Shown: piece by piece, positions 37,226-50,372 of the stretch
How positions within the stretch are numbered: the first letter of the stretch is position 1
How the letters are laid out: each line of letters begins with the position of its first letter
From: Antedon mediterranea
Taxonomy: Eukaryota > Animalia > Echinodermata
Reading direction: 5' to 3'
Length of the DNA stretch: 64,000 nucleotides
Assembly: GCF_964355755.1 (NCBI RefSeq)
Contig: NC_092672.1
Coordinates: forward strand, 29,208,437-29,272,436
Notes under the pieces: generated by a model
Database searches by the model: none
The model's input: only the letters and a program-made list of their open reading frames with translations
What the model was told of the DNA's origin: nothing
Made by a program: the position numbers and the translations under genes

Positions 37226-37900
37226 TTAGGCATCATATGACCAAGCTTAGGCATCAGCAACATGACCTCAACTTGTTAGGCACCAGATGACCAAGCTTAG
37301 GCATCAGCAACATGACCTCAACTTGTTAGGCACCAGATGACCAAGCTTAGGCATCAGCAACATGACCTCAACTTGTTAGGCACCAGATGACCAAGCTTAG
37401 GCATCAGCAACATGACCTCAACTTGTTAGGCACCAGATTACCAAGCTTAGGCATCAGCAACATGACCTCAACTTAGGTAATAATTAACCTCAACTAAAAC
37501 CTTAACTTAGTTTACAATATGATCTGACATACATGACCTCAACTTCGTCATCAGATGACCTTAAAAAACATAAAAACCTTAACTTAGTTTACAGTATGAC
37601 CTGACATGACTTCAACTTAGGTATTAAATGGCCTAAAGACATAAAAACCTAAACTTAGTTTACAGTATGACCTGACATTGGACCGTAACCTAGGCATCAA
37701 ATACATAAAAACCTTAACTTAGTTTATAGTACTGTATGACCTCACCTATGACCTCAACTTAGACATCAGATGACCTTAAGGACATAATTATTAGATGACA
37801 TAAATTTCTCAACTAGGACATCAGGTGACCCAAACTTAGGCATCTGATGACCACCTCAACTAGACATCAGATGACCTCAACTAGGGCATCAGGTGACCCT
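37226..37900. repeat. 50 bp tandem repeat (x5) grading into degenerate ~20 bp-based repeats
   Basis: ttaggcaccagatgaccaagcttaggcatcagcaacatgacctcaacttg at 37226-37475. Related gacctcaacttag.catcagat units continue to ~37900. Confidence 0.92.
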
Positions 37901-40900
37901 TATAGGAGATTGCTAGCTGCAACATTATGGAAATATGTTTGATCCAAAAATGGCCGGGGTAATAATGTGAAAAGCGCTTCAAAACATTAAGCGCTACATA
38001 AGAACAACATATTATTATTTATCATTATCTTTAAAAGACCCCAACGATGCATTATAAGACCTTAATTATCAGATAACTACGATGTAGGCATAAAATCTAC
38101 CATAGATATAAATCTAAAATAAACTGAAATTAAGATAAAAAGTCCCAATATGGCTATAAAGGCAAAAATTAATAACACAGACTTGGTTGTTTATCTTTTC
38201 ATGTTAGACATGTTATACAAAAGCCACGTAATAACTGTATCAAATTTCGCAGCTCATAAGCCCATCAGACAATTAAACGTACGAGACGAAGACATTTAAT
38301 TGGCAAATATGCTGTTAAAGGTAATCATGTCATAAAGTGTGTCTAGTAGGAAGCGTTCTACTTGTATGTATCCCATAATGCATACAGATAATGACCTTAA
38401 TTTGAGGAGGGGAAAGATGGAGAGTTAAAAGGAACAACTACATGTATAAAAAGTACCACATTGTTTCCATAAGCCCGCATCTCAACCCCTCGTTTGATCC
38501 CCCTTATCTCAACCCCTCGTTTGATCCCTCTCTCGTGCTTCTCTGAAAAGATGTTAAGAATAACTTCCACTGTTATGCTTAACTTACCTGGATAAACAAA
38601 CAATACTCTCTATACTTTTTAGAGGGAGATTGATGATAGAATTCTTTCTTTACATCCTTATTCAATAAGTTTTTTTATAAATAAATATTTATATAGTAAT
38701 AAAGACAATTTGATAATTTGGGTTTTTTAGAAAATATGCATTTATACTACAAACATTTTCTCCATTATAGTAGTTGACTGGAAACCATAAATTCTATATA
38801 TTGGAATTTTAGGTCCCAAATCAAATATAGAAATTCTAAGAATGCAGCATACATTATACCCCATAAATTCTCAATTTGACTGAAAAACTAGAACTGTAAG
38901 TAATGAATTACTACTCTCAAGAAAAAGGAGGTCACTTATTGAAGATTTTTTTTCCTTCATTAGCTAACCTTTCAATGAAATGACACTTGAGGCGATTTTT
39001 TTTTTCTGCTTTGCATTTCTTAATTAATGATCTGTAACTTTGTTTCTTTTACCATCACTCAACAAGTGTGACGGAACATGAGTTCTCATGCAATTAAAGC
39101 ATTACTTGTTATTCAAACAAGCTGTTTATGAATTTGTCTAATTATATTACATTACTCCATCAATATTTTCTCATTTACCACTGGTGCAATTGTGTCCTGG
39201 ATACTAATGATTACAAGTAGGTTATAGAAGGACCATCAACCAGTCACAATGAAGCCTTTTTATGGCTTAGGTCACTGAATACTAAATTGGTTAGCCCCCC
39301 TGATGGTTACCATGCCTCTAGCATACTGTTTGACTGCACCTTTTTTCTGTGATTCACTGAACATACAGTACTTGTTTTAGGCCAGCCTCATAGCCATGTC
39401 TTTTTCTCTTTAAAGTGTGCCTGTGTGTATATTTGTTGGGTATGTAGTATATTTTATTCTTTTAAACGTTTTAATGATGAATAGTTTGTAAAAACACTCT
39501 ACAACAGTTTAAGTATATAAACTGAAATTATTATATACTGTAGTGTCTGTGACAATTAAAATCAATCGAAAACAATGTTTTGATAGTTCTAGAAATTCAG
39601 TACTGTACAGTTGCAACCATTTGAAAAGGTTGTTCCGATGTCCACATTTCACAAATCAACAATTAAGATTTTCTTTAATCTTCACATCTGTGGGCCTAGT
39701 ATCAATGCACATTCTGTAATAAACATTGTCATATTATAGTATATTGGCACCTGTTACAGTATCACACTATAGGTAGAATTCATAGGAGTTAATGGTGCAG
39801 ATGTCACATGTGATACATATGTGACAGTGTATTTACAGAATTAGCCATATTATTTGCCAAAGTACTAGAGTCAGCTATTTAGTATTTAATAAGAGCCAGT
39901 GTACTGTACAAAATTATATTTAAGCAAGTTGTATTCATAAATATTTGGTAGAAGAGTTTATAAGGTGTAAATAATAATAATTATATTAAATTAATACTTA
40001 AAATTTTTTTTTTTATTATTCATCATCATCATGATCATCATCATCTTCATCTTCTGATGTCTTCCACTTTAGAATGTAAGCCTCATTAAATTTCTCTTCC
40101 CTAAAGCTATTGTCCAGTTTGAAATATAATGTAATCATCATCATCATCATTATGATCATAATCTTCATCGTCAAATTCCCGGGTCGACCCCTTAGTATAT
40201 TCTAGCATTGTCTATGATCGTAAAATAAAATCATCATTCATATTCTTAAAAGTATTAGAAACCTCCATGCAATATTTCCTGTAATTAATTTTTTTACATA
40301 GCAGAAATCCAATTAATAAACGAATATGTTTATCAATGGGATTTAGAATATTTAATAATTGTATTATTATTTAAATAATACTATTGTATATAATTTTAGA
40401 TAAAAATATATTTTTATAGTTATGATATTAATGCTAAACATAAAAAGTATAAATTAATGTAGTATTGGAATCTATCTTTCTTGCGCAGAAAGAAAATTGA
40501 AAAGAGAGAATATGTTATTTTTAGTTTTTAGAGCATTTATTTTATTTCTTTAAAAAACAATAGTTTTACTTTTGTAGAGAAATATTGCTTATAGAACAAT
40601 TACTGTATGGTTCAGATTTCAGAAAGAAAAACATATTTTTGATGATTTTTTTTTATATAATAAAATTTATTTTCATATTGTAACAATATTTCCTATGTGA
40701 TAATTCTGTAGTAGATAATAATAATAATCAATGTTTTAAAATACTGAAAGAAACTCAGTAGCATCGAAACAAAATATAGTTATTGTCAAATTGGCCGTAG
40801 GTGTAAAATGAAAACAAAACGGACTCAAACATCCTCTCAAGACATATGTTGATATAGAATTTCTGTTTGCGGTACACCATGTATATATTTCTGACAAGAA

Positions 40901-43814
40901 CTGTTGAGTTTTGCGACTTTTCTATCAATATCTCCACCCCAATTTTGTAGAGTGGGACTATCTGGGGAAAGCCTGGTTAAATAAAATAATTGGTAACCAT
41001 TTCTTGTAAAAACTCATCTGAACTTGCTGGAGAGAGGCTTATTGTACATTCAGGCCAAAAGTCAAAATACTTTGACTATACCCATGGATGCCTGTTTTAG
41101 TGAAATCAGACATAAAGTAGGTGGTGGGATTAAACCCAAAGTGGGATTATACCGGAGGATATACAGTAAACAGATAGTCTATATTGATTGTAAATATGAC
41201 CAGTACTGATTTGGTTATTTTTCCCCTAACTGTTTTAGATAGATGTTTACCTATAGTATGTCTACTTTTAATATTTAAACATTAGTTACAAAATCGTTAA
41301 CAATTTGTGGAATTTGCTTTTATACAAATTCCCAAGTATAAAATGCCGATTTTTGTTAAGATGCATATTTTTCAATGTTCTTTTAATTGCGTGTAAATGC
41401 CGAGGGTTAGAACACGTTGAAACCTAATAAATGTTGGTTTCACATTTACTATTTATAGCATTCTTAAATATCTCTTGTTTCTTTTGATTTGTTTCTTTCA
41501 ATTTTAGTTGCCAATTTTTGGTGTATTTTATGTTTTTCACCTTTACTGGGAATTGTACAATGATGTATTTCAATTTGGTTTAATTGCATATATAACTATC
41601 AAAATGATATTGTTGGCAATCGATATGGTACATAACAAGATTTAACAACATCATAATATTCTAAATTTAGGAACAAATTGTCTAGTGCTAAAATAAACAT
41701 CAAATTCTTGTCATTAATTTTGTACAATGTTTTATGTTCTGTAGATTTCTACTAGGTATTTTGCCCATAAAGAAATCATCCTACTAGAATAAACAGATGG
41801 TTGTCTATTATATCACCAGATTCACTGTTTCTGCATATGGCATTAATTTATCATAGGCAAATTCTGTAATACAGTACTGTCATATATATATCACATGTGA
41901 TGCCTGTATTATGTTAAAGTTGATATCCTATGGTACATGCATTGTAGGTATAAATTACATTGTACAGTATGGCTGGTTTCCCCCTGAAAATCACCCTTCC
42001 GTGACACACCCTGTGATATTTTTAGTTTAAATACAATATTTATTCAGATTGAAATATAATTTAGTTTGCCAATAGCTTAAAATTATATTTTCACACCTAC
42101 TGTAGGCTAGAAGTTAACTGAAACCTAATTAACTTAGGCAATTAACTCAGTTCATTACTTTTAATTACTCTATAAGAGGATCACCATGCTTTACATTTTT
42201 AGTTTAAACCTAATATACTATTATGCTGATTAACATTCTGGCAATAAAATGAATGAGATTTATAAATGTTGTAGATATATTTTAGGGTACAAACAAAATT
42301 ATTTTGGTGGAATGTTGGCATTACTGTCCAAAATACAGTACTCTCTTTAAACCATAAATTACTTAAACTAATTAATAACATGTGTTTATATATAACTTTA
42401 TATATTTTCCTTTTAAATAGTTTATCCATAGACTAATAAATGATTCTAATTTATAAGTCCATGTTTTATCAACATCATTATTAACATTTACCAACACATA
42501 CATAAAATCAACATTTCACCATAAAGAATATGTCAATTAACCAATTAAACTCCTCCCACTCTAATCCTCTATGTAAACACAGATAGTTATTAGATTTAAA
42601 TCACTAAACCGATGAAGCATGACCAAAGTTTTGATATGCAAATTAGATAGTGTTATCGTAATCGCCCAAACGTGTATAGGTGTTTAGTACAACATCATAC
42701 TGTGTATGATGTCTCCGAACTGGCAATAGCATGGACACTGATATGCCACTATAAAGATTAATAAATGTATGTATTGCAATCATGTATGATATATACATGA
42801 AATTAATTTTCAATTAAGTATAATACAATTAATACTATTAAAAGTTTGCCTAACTGAATTTTACACATCATAGTATTACTAGGCGAAATTTTTATTTTAG
42901 AAATAGTATTTAAGAAAAAACCAGAAGTACTATATAGTGTTACAATACAAGTAACGAGTGTATCCATCCTCCACAAATGCTATGAACAGAAGGTGCAGTG
43001 TAGAGCATTTTTGTGTTAGGTCAGAAGTTTAATTTTTAGGGCCATCCACACCCCCTCCCCCTATTTCAAAATCATATATTTCAAGGTCCAAGGACGTTCT
43101 GCTCCTGTAACAAAAATGAACGTTTTCTTCTTTAATATTACCTTTCTCTATAAAATCCTATAACTATTATATAAACTTGTTTCTTTATTTACATCTTTAC
43201 ATTGTTATCAGTAACCTTTACCCCTTCATATGTACATACTCCCCATCTATAAATAAACTCATATATCTTTACAAATGGTCATACAAATCCAACCATATTA
43301 TTTTTAATGACATTTATAGTTATCCATAATTGTCTTGTGTACAATACTTGCCGTTGAAGGCTTTTTTTTTAGCTTATCTCTGACAGCTCACATCAGTATG
43401 AGTATCATCATATAGAATGATATACAATTTGTTTTAAAGTACTGTACAGTATTATTCTTTTGACTTCACAACAGCCCTTGATTTTTCATTGTTGAGAAAT
43501 AACTTTACAAAAATCAAGATATGATAAAAAAAATCTTGGTTTTTAATCTTTATTTAAAAAAAAAATGTATTTGCGTTTATTTGAAACGGAAATGAAACCT
43601 GTTGGTCAATACAGTAATTGCAATTGCCGTAACCATGGCAACAGAAATATGCTGTGGTGGTTTAACAAGGACAAAATGTACTGTAATGACAAATTACTTA
43701 TAAATGTCACATAATATAGTGACAAATTAATGCAATTGTCTCATTAAAAAGCTTTCATCTGCTACATATCAGTTTTCTTATAATTTGTTTGTCAGTGAAA
43801 ATCCTTTTTTCTAA

Positions 43815-43974
43815 AGCTCTGTCTACACTATAAAACTTAATTTGAATGACAAGAAATTTGATGTACCCATGGACATGATAATGTCATATCACTACTATAT
43901 TTGGGCATATCCCTACCATTATATGGGCACATCACACTTTTTTGTCGAACTAGTTTGATAGTGTAGACAAAGCG
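43815..43974. mobile_element. PIF/Harbinger-type MITE family B
   Basis: agctctgtctacacta ... tagtgtagacaaagcg. Confidence 0.8.
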
Positions 43975-44956
43975 TTAGGGTACGTTTCTGCTGCATTGGA
44001 GTCCACAGTGGAATACTAAATATTATAATATTAATAATCTGTCACAGATATCTAGTTCATAATTTTATTTTTTAACAGGCAGGGGAGCGCTCACCCCTAG
44101 TGCTCTCTTAATTCTTATGCAGGTGCATGAATAGAAACGCGACTAACCATAACTGATTAATCATAAATAAATCTCTAAATTATGAATAAAAAAATCCCCT
44201 TTTAATGTGTTGTTGAATCTTGCACAATACTACAAAAATATGTGTTATTTACACAAAAGGGTGCTATAAAGGAGTTCAAATGAAAGGTTCACCTTTACAT
44301 TTTCCTTTTTTCGTATGCTTTTATGCATTGTAAACCCTTTATTTGTTTACTTTGCTATTTTAAACAGCGATCACGTCTGGCATATTTCCTCCAATTTGGA
44401 GTTGATTTTTTTATAACATGTTTTATGTTTAATTTTATTCTGTTCCTCACATACTGTACCCTCTACAGCTATGATCTAAACTTAAGGGCCCGGGAGCTTA
44501 TGGGGGCCCTTGAGCAGAGCCCAGAGGAAGAAACCAGTCGAAAAAGGCTAAAAACGTCAAATACCTCTAGTGTTGGGAGGGCCACTTATGGTCCCTAAAC
44601 CAGGGGCATCACCCCTCTGCGTTATTTCACTGCAATGTTTTATAGATCTATTTACTAGAATTATTGACAGAAAGTATATAATTCTAAAAATTCTAGCTGT
44701 AACAATGCCTACCTCAACTCTACTTCCTGTAAAATCAGACATAAAGCACAAACTTTAATGGTCTGCGAAATATTGTGGTATTAAAAAAATAAATGGTTTT
44801 ATATTTTTTTACAGTACAATGTGGTTTTTCTGAACTTAAAACTTAAATGGTCTACAGAATTTGTTTTTATGATTGGACCAATGACATGGTTTTATTCTTC
44901 CTGCAGGACAATGTGGTTTTATAATTGTTGGTTTCTTTTGTTTTTTCTTGTCATAG

Positions 44957-45035
44957 GGAAAGTAAGCCTATCGACATTACAAGGTCCGACTCTAAGTTAA
45001 AACGCAAAGCTGTGATTAAGAGGCGTAATACCGAG
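44957..45035 (+). CDS. PLEKHG5: PLEKHG5-like exon (ESKPIDITRSDSKLKRKAVIKRRNTE)
   Basis: Strong pyrimidine tract with catag acceptor, GAG|GTATGT donor, phase 2 to 0. Resembles PLEKHG5 LKLSKKKARRRHTD. Confidence 0.9.
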
Positions 45036-45790
45036 GTATGTGCATAAATTATATATTTGTCTTGTTTTGTGTTAATTAATTGTTTATTAATTATTGCATT
45101 ACTAATTCTTCAAAACTTAAATATCTTTTTGTCAGCATGACTGTGTGTCCTACATTGTATTTTTGGACCTGAATGTTAGCTAAATATCACTACTACTATA
45201 AAAAACATCTTTATTTGGAATTCTGTTTGTATTGTGTGCGTGTTTGAACTTATTTAAAATATGGATCCATGTTTTTAATATTAATATTCATTTCAAACAG
45301 TCTATTGTTTGTAAATATAAAGTAACATTCCGTCACTACAACAAATATTTATTAAACAAATTAACTTGCGATGTATATGTAAATAATAAATATGTAAAAA
45401 TAAATAAATACATTAATTGCACATCTTAATGGAAATTATATAATGATAAAATGTTGATTTTCGTTAATATGAATTTATTTCAATTTCTTTCAGTTCTATT
45501 ATTGCATTTAATATAAAAATTGATAAATATTTATATAATTTATAGATATGTTACAATATAAATATTCATTCATCATCATCAATATTAATATATGCAAATT
45601 AACTATTTATTATTTAGATGTACTAGATTATAAATATGCAACAATTACTATTATTAGTTAAATATAAGTTACATTTATTTTATATTATATACCCAAATTA
45701 ACTATTATAAATTATAATTATAATGTAGATTATAAATATGTAAATTGATATCATTAAAAGTATATATACATATTTATATAACTATCCAAT

Positions 45791-45835
45791 CTGCAGACAG
45801 TACTGTTTCGATCTTATTAGATCTCGTCAGTGCAG
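45791..45835 (-). ncRNA. Minimal type I hammerhead ribozyme
   Basis: Minus strand reads CUGCA-CUGACGA-GAUCU-aaua-AGAUC-GAAA-CAGUACUG-UC-UGCAG: complete core, perfect stems I and II, palindromic stem III, GUC cleavage triplet. Confidence 0.9.
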
Positions 45836-46305
45836 CTCAGGTTTCGAAATGAAATGTACCGCAGAACTGGCACAATATATAATAACTATGTATATATTGA
45901 GCTGCATTGTTATTAGCAAAATGATTAAACTTTATTATTTACATGTCATTTTATTTTGCATTTTATATATTACAGAAATAATTAAACATGAATATTTTAT
46001 TGCAAAGGATAGATAAATCCTTGATAATCCGTATCCATTTGCATGCATTTTAGTATAGTGATGTACTTAATCTCGTCTTAATCCATTGCGATGTTCATAA
46101 TCTCACATAATCCTTTGCTTTTGTTCATTATACTTTATTTGCATCTTATTCTTTAGTAGACTTATCTTCTCAGAATTCATTGCAATATTTTGCGAGATTT
46201 GTTCTCGTCTCGCAGTTTTCGTGCACATTATAAACATGTGACTACGTTGTTCTTTGTTTTAGTCAAATAATAGATGTACTAACTTTGGTTTAAAGCTTGG
46301 TTTAA

Positions 46306-46431
46306 AGCTTGGTTCCCACTAGGACGCAACGCAAGGTACTTTGTACCATCATCCAAACTACCACCTGTGATTGGTCAACTCTCTTGTGTTGTGTCAATGT
46401 TGTTGCGTTGCGCCCAAGTGAGAACTAAGCG
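46306..46431. mobile_element. PIF/Harbinger-type MITE family A
   Basis: agcttggttcccact ... agtgagaactaagcg flanked by TAA. Confidence 0.75.
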
Positions 46432-47843
46432 TAAGAATTAATGTTGTTGAAGTACCTTTCTGAGATTTAACTTTACAGTTATGATTTTAAATTGATTTCA
46501 TTCTGAACCGAATCAAGTATAATTCCAGGCTCAATAGCTCCTTATATAATTTCAAACTCAAATGCTGTCCCTTGCTTAATTAAGGCTCACCAATCATGTG
46601 TGTTATATAGCTGGCCTATATCCCTGGGTCTCTTGGGCATTCAGACCTATACAGTTCTGTCAGCCAATGTCCTTTGTGAGCCTTTAGATATAAAAGTGTA
46701 GAGTTAATATAATTTCACCTACCTACCAACTCATCACTATGTTGACAATCTATTCATTACAAATACGAAAGATGGAAGGACTGTATGAGGAAATCAAAAT
46801 CATATATCCTAGAAAATACTGATTAAAAATGTATTATTTTATGTTTGCTTTCATTTTTTCCACATGACGTTTTTTATCGTGAATCCTCTGATATCACGAA
46901 TCTTCAATGAGATATTTCAAACATCACTCCAATATTTAAAGTGGTGATTTTACTTCAAATTCAATCTGCTACGGGCAAATTACAAATTATAACAAAAGAT
47001 TATTGTCTTAAAATGCAATCAGCATAAGAATAATGATCATTGCATGTTGTAGTTATCTTGATAAATTACTCAATATATAATTCAAGGTGACTAAATTTCT
47101 TGTGTTTTATGTGGCAAGATGTGATTATATATAAAGCAATTGTAATCAGCTAAAATGATTTTGAGAAGGCATCTTGTTTATTGTTTTATAATCCCTAAAC
47201 ATGAAATAAGAGTATATTATGGAGGTGAGGGAGCCAACTACTAACATTGGGGTGCAAATTAACAAATTTTGAATCATAAGGACGTATACGTGGTGCAATC
47301 CAACACTTGTCGCATTGATTTCATTCTTTAGTCAAGACATTTTACTTACGTTTGGTGTAAGGTCAACCCACAATTTTGCGCTGATTACTAGCTGCAATGT
47401 GGGAGTATGTTTCCATACGTGTTTGATCCAAAAATTACCAGGCTAGGTTTCACAACATTAGGCGCTTTATAAATCCAGGATATCATCATCCTCATATATT
47501 AGCAGAGTTCTGTGTATGGTACAAACACTCAGCACTCAGATAAAACTTGGCCATCTTAACATTTTCATTGAGAAGACTGTTGACTGTGAATTCTTTATCA
47601 CTGTACCTGACTCAGCGGGGACAAACACAATAATGAAAAGCTTAAAATCTTTATTTGGACCTAGAACCCTAGACCATTGAAAGACAACTTGCAACCATGA
47701 AATACTCTAAACTTAAGTTAATGTTATGCTTGGTTTGATTTCATCAGAATCTAGTGAAGACAGACTCTAAGAAAACTTCAATGTGAATTCTGTACATAAT
47801 GCTTTATTTATTTTGTTGTTGTATGTTTATTGTTTGACTTTAA

Positions 47844-48022
47844 AGCGTGGTTGCCACTAGCGACGCAACACAAGGACGTAACGCAATGCAAGTGAATTGA
47901 CCAATCACAAGCGATGGCTTATTCGCTTGTGATTGCTAACTGTCTATAACTTCGCTTGTCATTGGTTAAAACGCTTGCGTTGCGTTTACATCCTTGCGTT
48001 ACGTTCTAGTGGGAACCAAGCT
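47844..48022. mobile_element. PIF/Harbinger-type MITE family A (longest copy)
   Basis: TIR agcgtggttgccactag / ctagtgggaaccaagct with TAA TSD. Confidence 0.88.
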
Positions 48023-48203
48023 TAACCAAGAACTTAAATTTAGAGACAGTGTATTTAACATCAAATCATTACATATTATATTAAACGATTTGCAATGAAT
48101 TCTGGGAATTTCTTATTATTGATTGTTTTATGATTTTGTTTTCCTTGTTAAATTTTCTCATTTTTCTTTTTTGCATGCCATATTTCTTGCATTTTGCTTT
48201 TAG

Positions 48204-48317
48204 GGAAAGAAGCCAATACTGATTCCAATACAACTAGACGACAAAGATCTGATAAAAAACAGGTTATCCCTGCCACTGGGACAGAGGACCCCAGTGGGTA
48301 GCCCAAAATCTGACAAG
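48204..48317 (+). CDS. PLEKHG5: PLEKHG5-like exon (GKKPILIPIQLDDKDLIKNRLSLPLGQRTPVGSPKSDK)
   Basis: Long pyrimidine tract, tttag acceptor, AAG|GTATCA donor; 114 nt, phase 0-0, open. Confidence 0.82.
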
Positions 48318-49992
48318 GTATCAATCACAAAAAGTGTATTACATTTCTGCATGTTACAGAATATGTCAATCTAGTTTAAGTCTATTGGTGCCAATCCTAC
48401 ATGGAAAAGCTGATAATATCATTTTCTCCTTGAGGAGCAAGATATAAATTCCTTCAACACCCCTTTCCATAAATGATTAGTACAGTCTGAATTGTAGCCT
48501 GCCTGTATTTTATTAGTGCAGTAGAAGCAGGACAAATTAAATCAAATATAAATCTTGGACTAATTCACTAATTAACAGGTGTTAAAAAAAACAACAAAAA
48601 AACAACCATTTAAAAAAAAATAAAAATGTGAGATGAATGTCTCTGAATTGTTTAACCTCAATTGAGTTTGTTTAGAATAAAAAATTAAAATATAATACCC
48701 TGTGTTTATTGACTATTAATGGTTTTTTTGCATTCATCTGAATGAAACCATGTCAAAACATGTTTTGTATTAATAAAACTCTCTGCTGGTAATTACAATA
48801 AATAATGTTTAACATGTGATTTACATGAAAACAAATAATGTATTAAATCACACACACATTTAAGAAATGTCAAACTACATTAACCCTCACTCCTATCCAT
48901 GGTAGATCAGGCTCAGAATATAATGACATAAATTGGGAGTTGATTGGTTAACCTCAAACCATGTGATTGATTGATTGATTGATGATTGGCTTGCTAATTG
49001 AAGGATTATTTCAGCATGGTTTCAAATTATGAGTTCAAATTTGTTTCGCTAATTGAAGAATTGTTTTCTAGTATTTATTTGACTCCATGATTAGATCCTG
49101 ATATGCTCATGTAATTTTAATCAACCTATTAACCTCAAGTATCTTGGACAGATTTAGTTTTTATTATTTTTGATAGGACAGACAGAATAATTTAGTGGCC
49201 TGGTTGATTGATCACATTCCAATCACCATGTGGCCATTTGTTTTGAACTCAATTTAATTAATTAGAACCAATATAAAAAAAAAAAAAATTTTTAAGGAAG
49301 GTTTAAAAACAAAACATAAAAAAACATAACATCTTTCAGCATGTGTCTGTATTTAAACAACAGTATAATAATAATCATTTAAAAAAAAAAGATTGTTATA
49401 AATATAAAATAATTTAAAATAATTTTGTCAAATGTATGGAATTTTATTATAAACTTCTAAATACATTTTTTTAAATATCTGAATGTCATACTATCTTATT
49501 CTGGATAAAAATAGCTATTACAAAATGGAAATTAATGACAATTTAAAAATAGAGGTTACCGTTTTAAAATGATTCATATATATATTTTTTCAAATATAAT
49601 TAATTAATTTATAATAAAATAAATAAACAAAAGTAACTACATTTTTTTTAAATCTTCACAACAAAAATGCAAAATTCAAATAATTTTTTTTTTTAAATAA
49701 TCATATTTTTCAATATATTTTTTAATCACTAAACAATTAATTTTCAAAGTCTGCAAACTATTATCATTTTTCTGCTTATGTTTAGCCAGGTACATAAATC
49801 TGCACCATTTTTTTTATCATTTTACTACTATGAAATTATACTTTCAAAATGCATAATTAAACATTAGACACATTTTGCTTAAAATTCATGAACAATTTAT
49901 ACACTTTTTTGAATAAATATATTCTTCATTAAAAAATTAATAAATTTGATTTTTTTCTTCTTAAAATGACATTTTACAACCTTTTTTTCTAG

Positions 49993-50081
49993 CGTATGAG
50001 AGAATTTTTCCATGTGGACCTTGAAATCTTAGGAGCTAAAGAAGTTGTGAAAGTCCAATCAATAAAAAACAAGTCTCTCAG
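49993..50081 (+). CDS. PLEKHG5: PLEKHG5-like exon, RBD-like domain part 1 (RMREFFHVDLEILGAKEVVKVQSIKNKSL)
   Basis: tttttttctag acceptor, CAG|GTTGGT donor, phase 0 to 2. Resembles PLEKHG5 KECFTLKFDL...VPAMKKKSL. Confidence 0.88.
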
Positions 50082-50136
50082 GTTGGTTGTTTTTTCTTCT
50101 TATTTCACAAGCATAATTAGGCCTGTACACTGGTAA

Positions 50137-50372
50137 AACCTTTATTTACACTATCAAACTTTATGTGACAACAAAATCTGATTTGCCAATATATGAACAT
50201 AATGATGTCCTATCACTACCATATTTAGGCATACCACTACCATATTTAGGCATACCACTACCATATTTAGGCATACCACTACCATATTTAGGCATACCAC
50301 TACCATATTTAGGCACATCACACTTTTTGTCAAATTTGTCAAACTTGTTTGATAGTAATAGTATACACAGCT
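50137..50372. mobile_element. MITE family B copy with expanded 21 bp internal repeat
   Basis: tacactatcaaact...gtttgatagt ends; (cataccactaccatatttagg) about x5 at 50211-50315. Confidence 0.85.
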
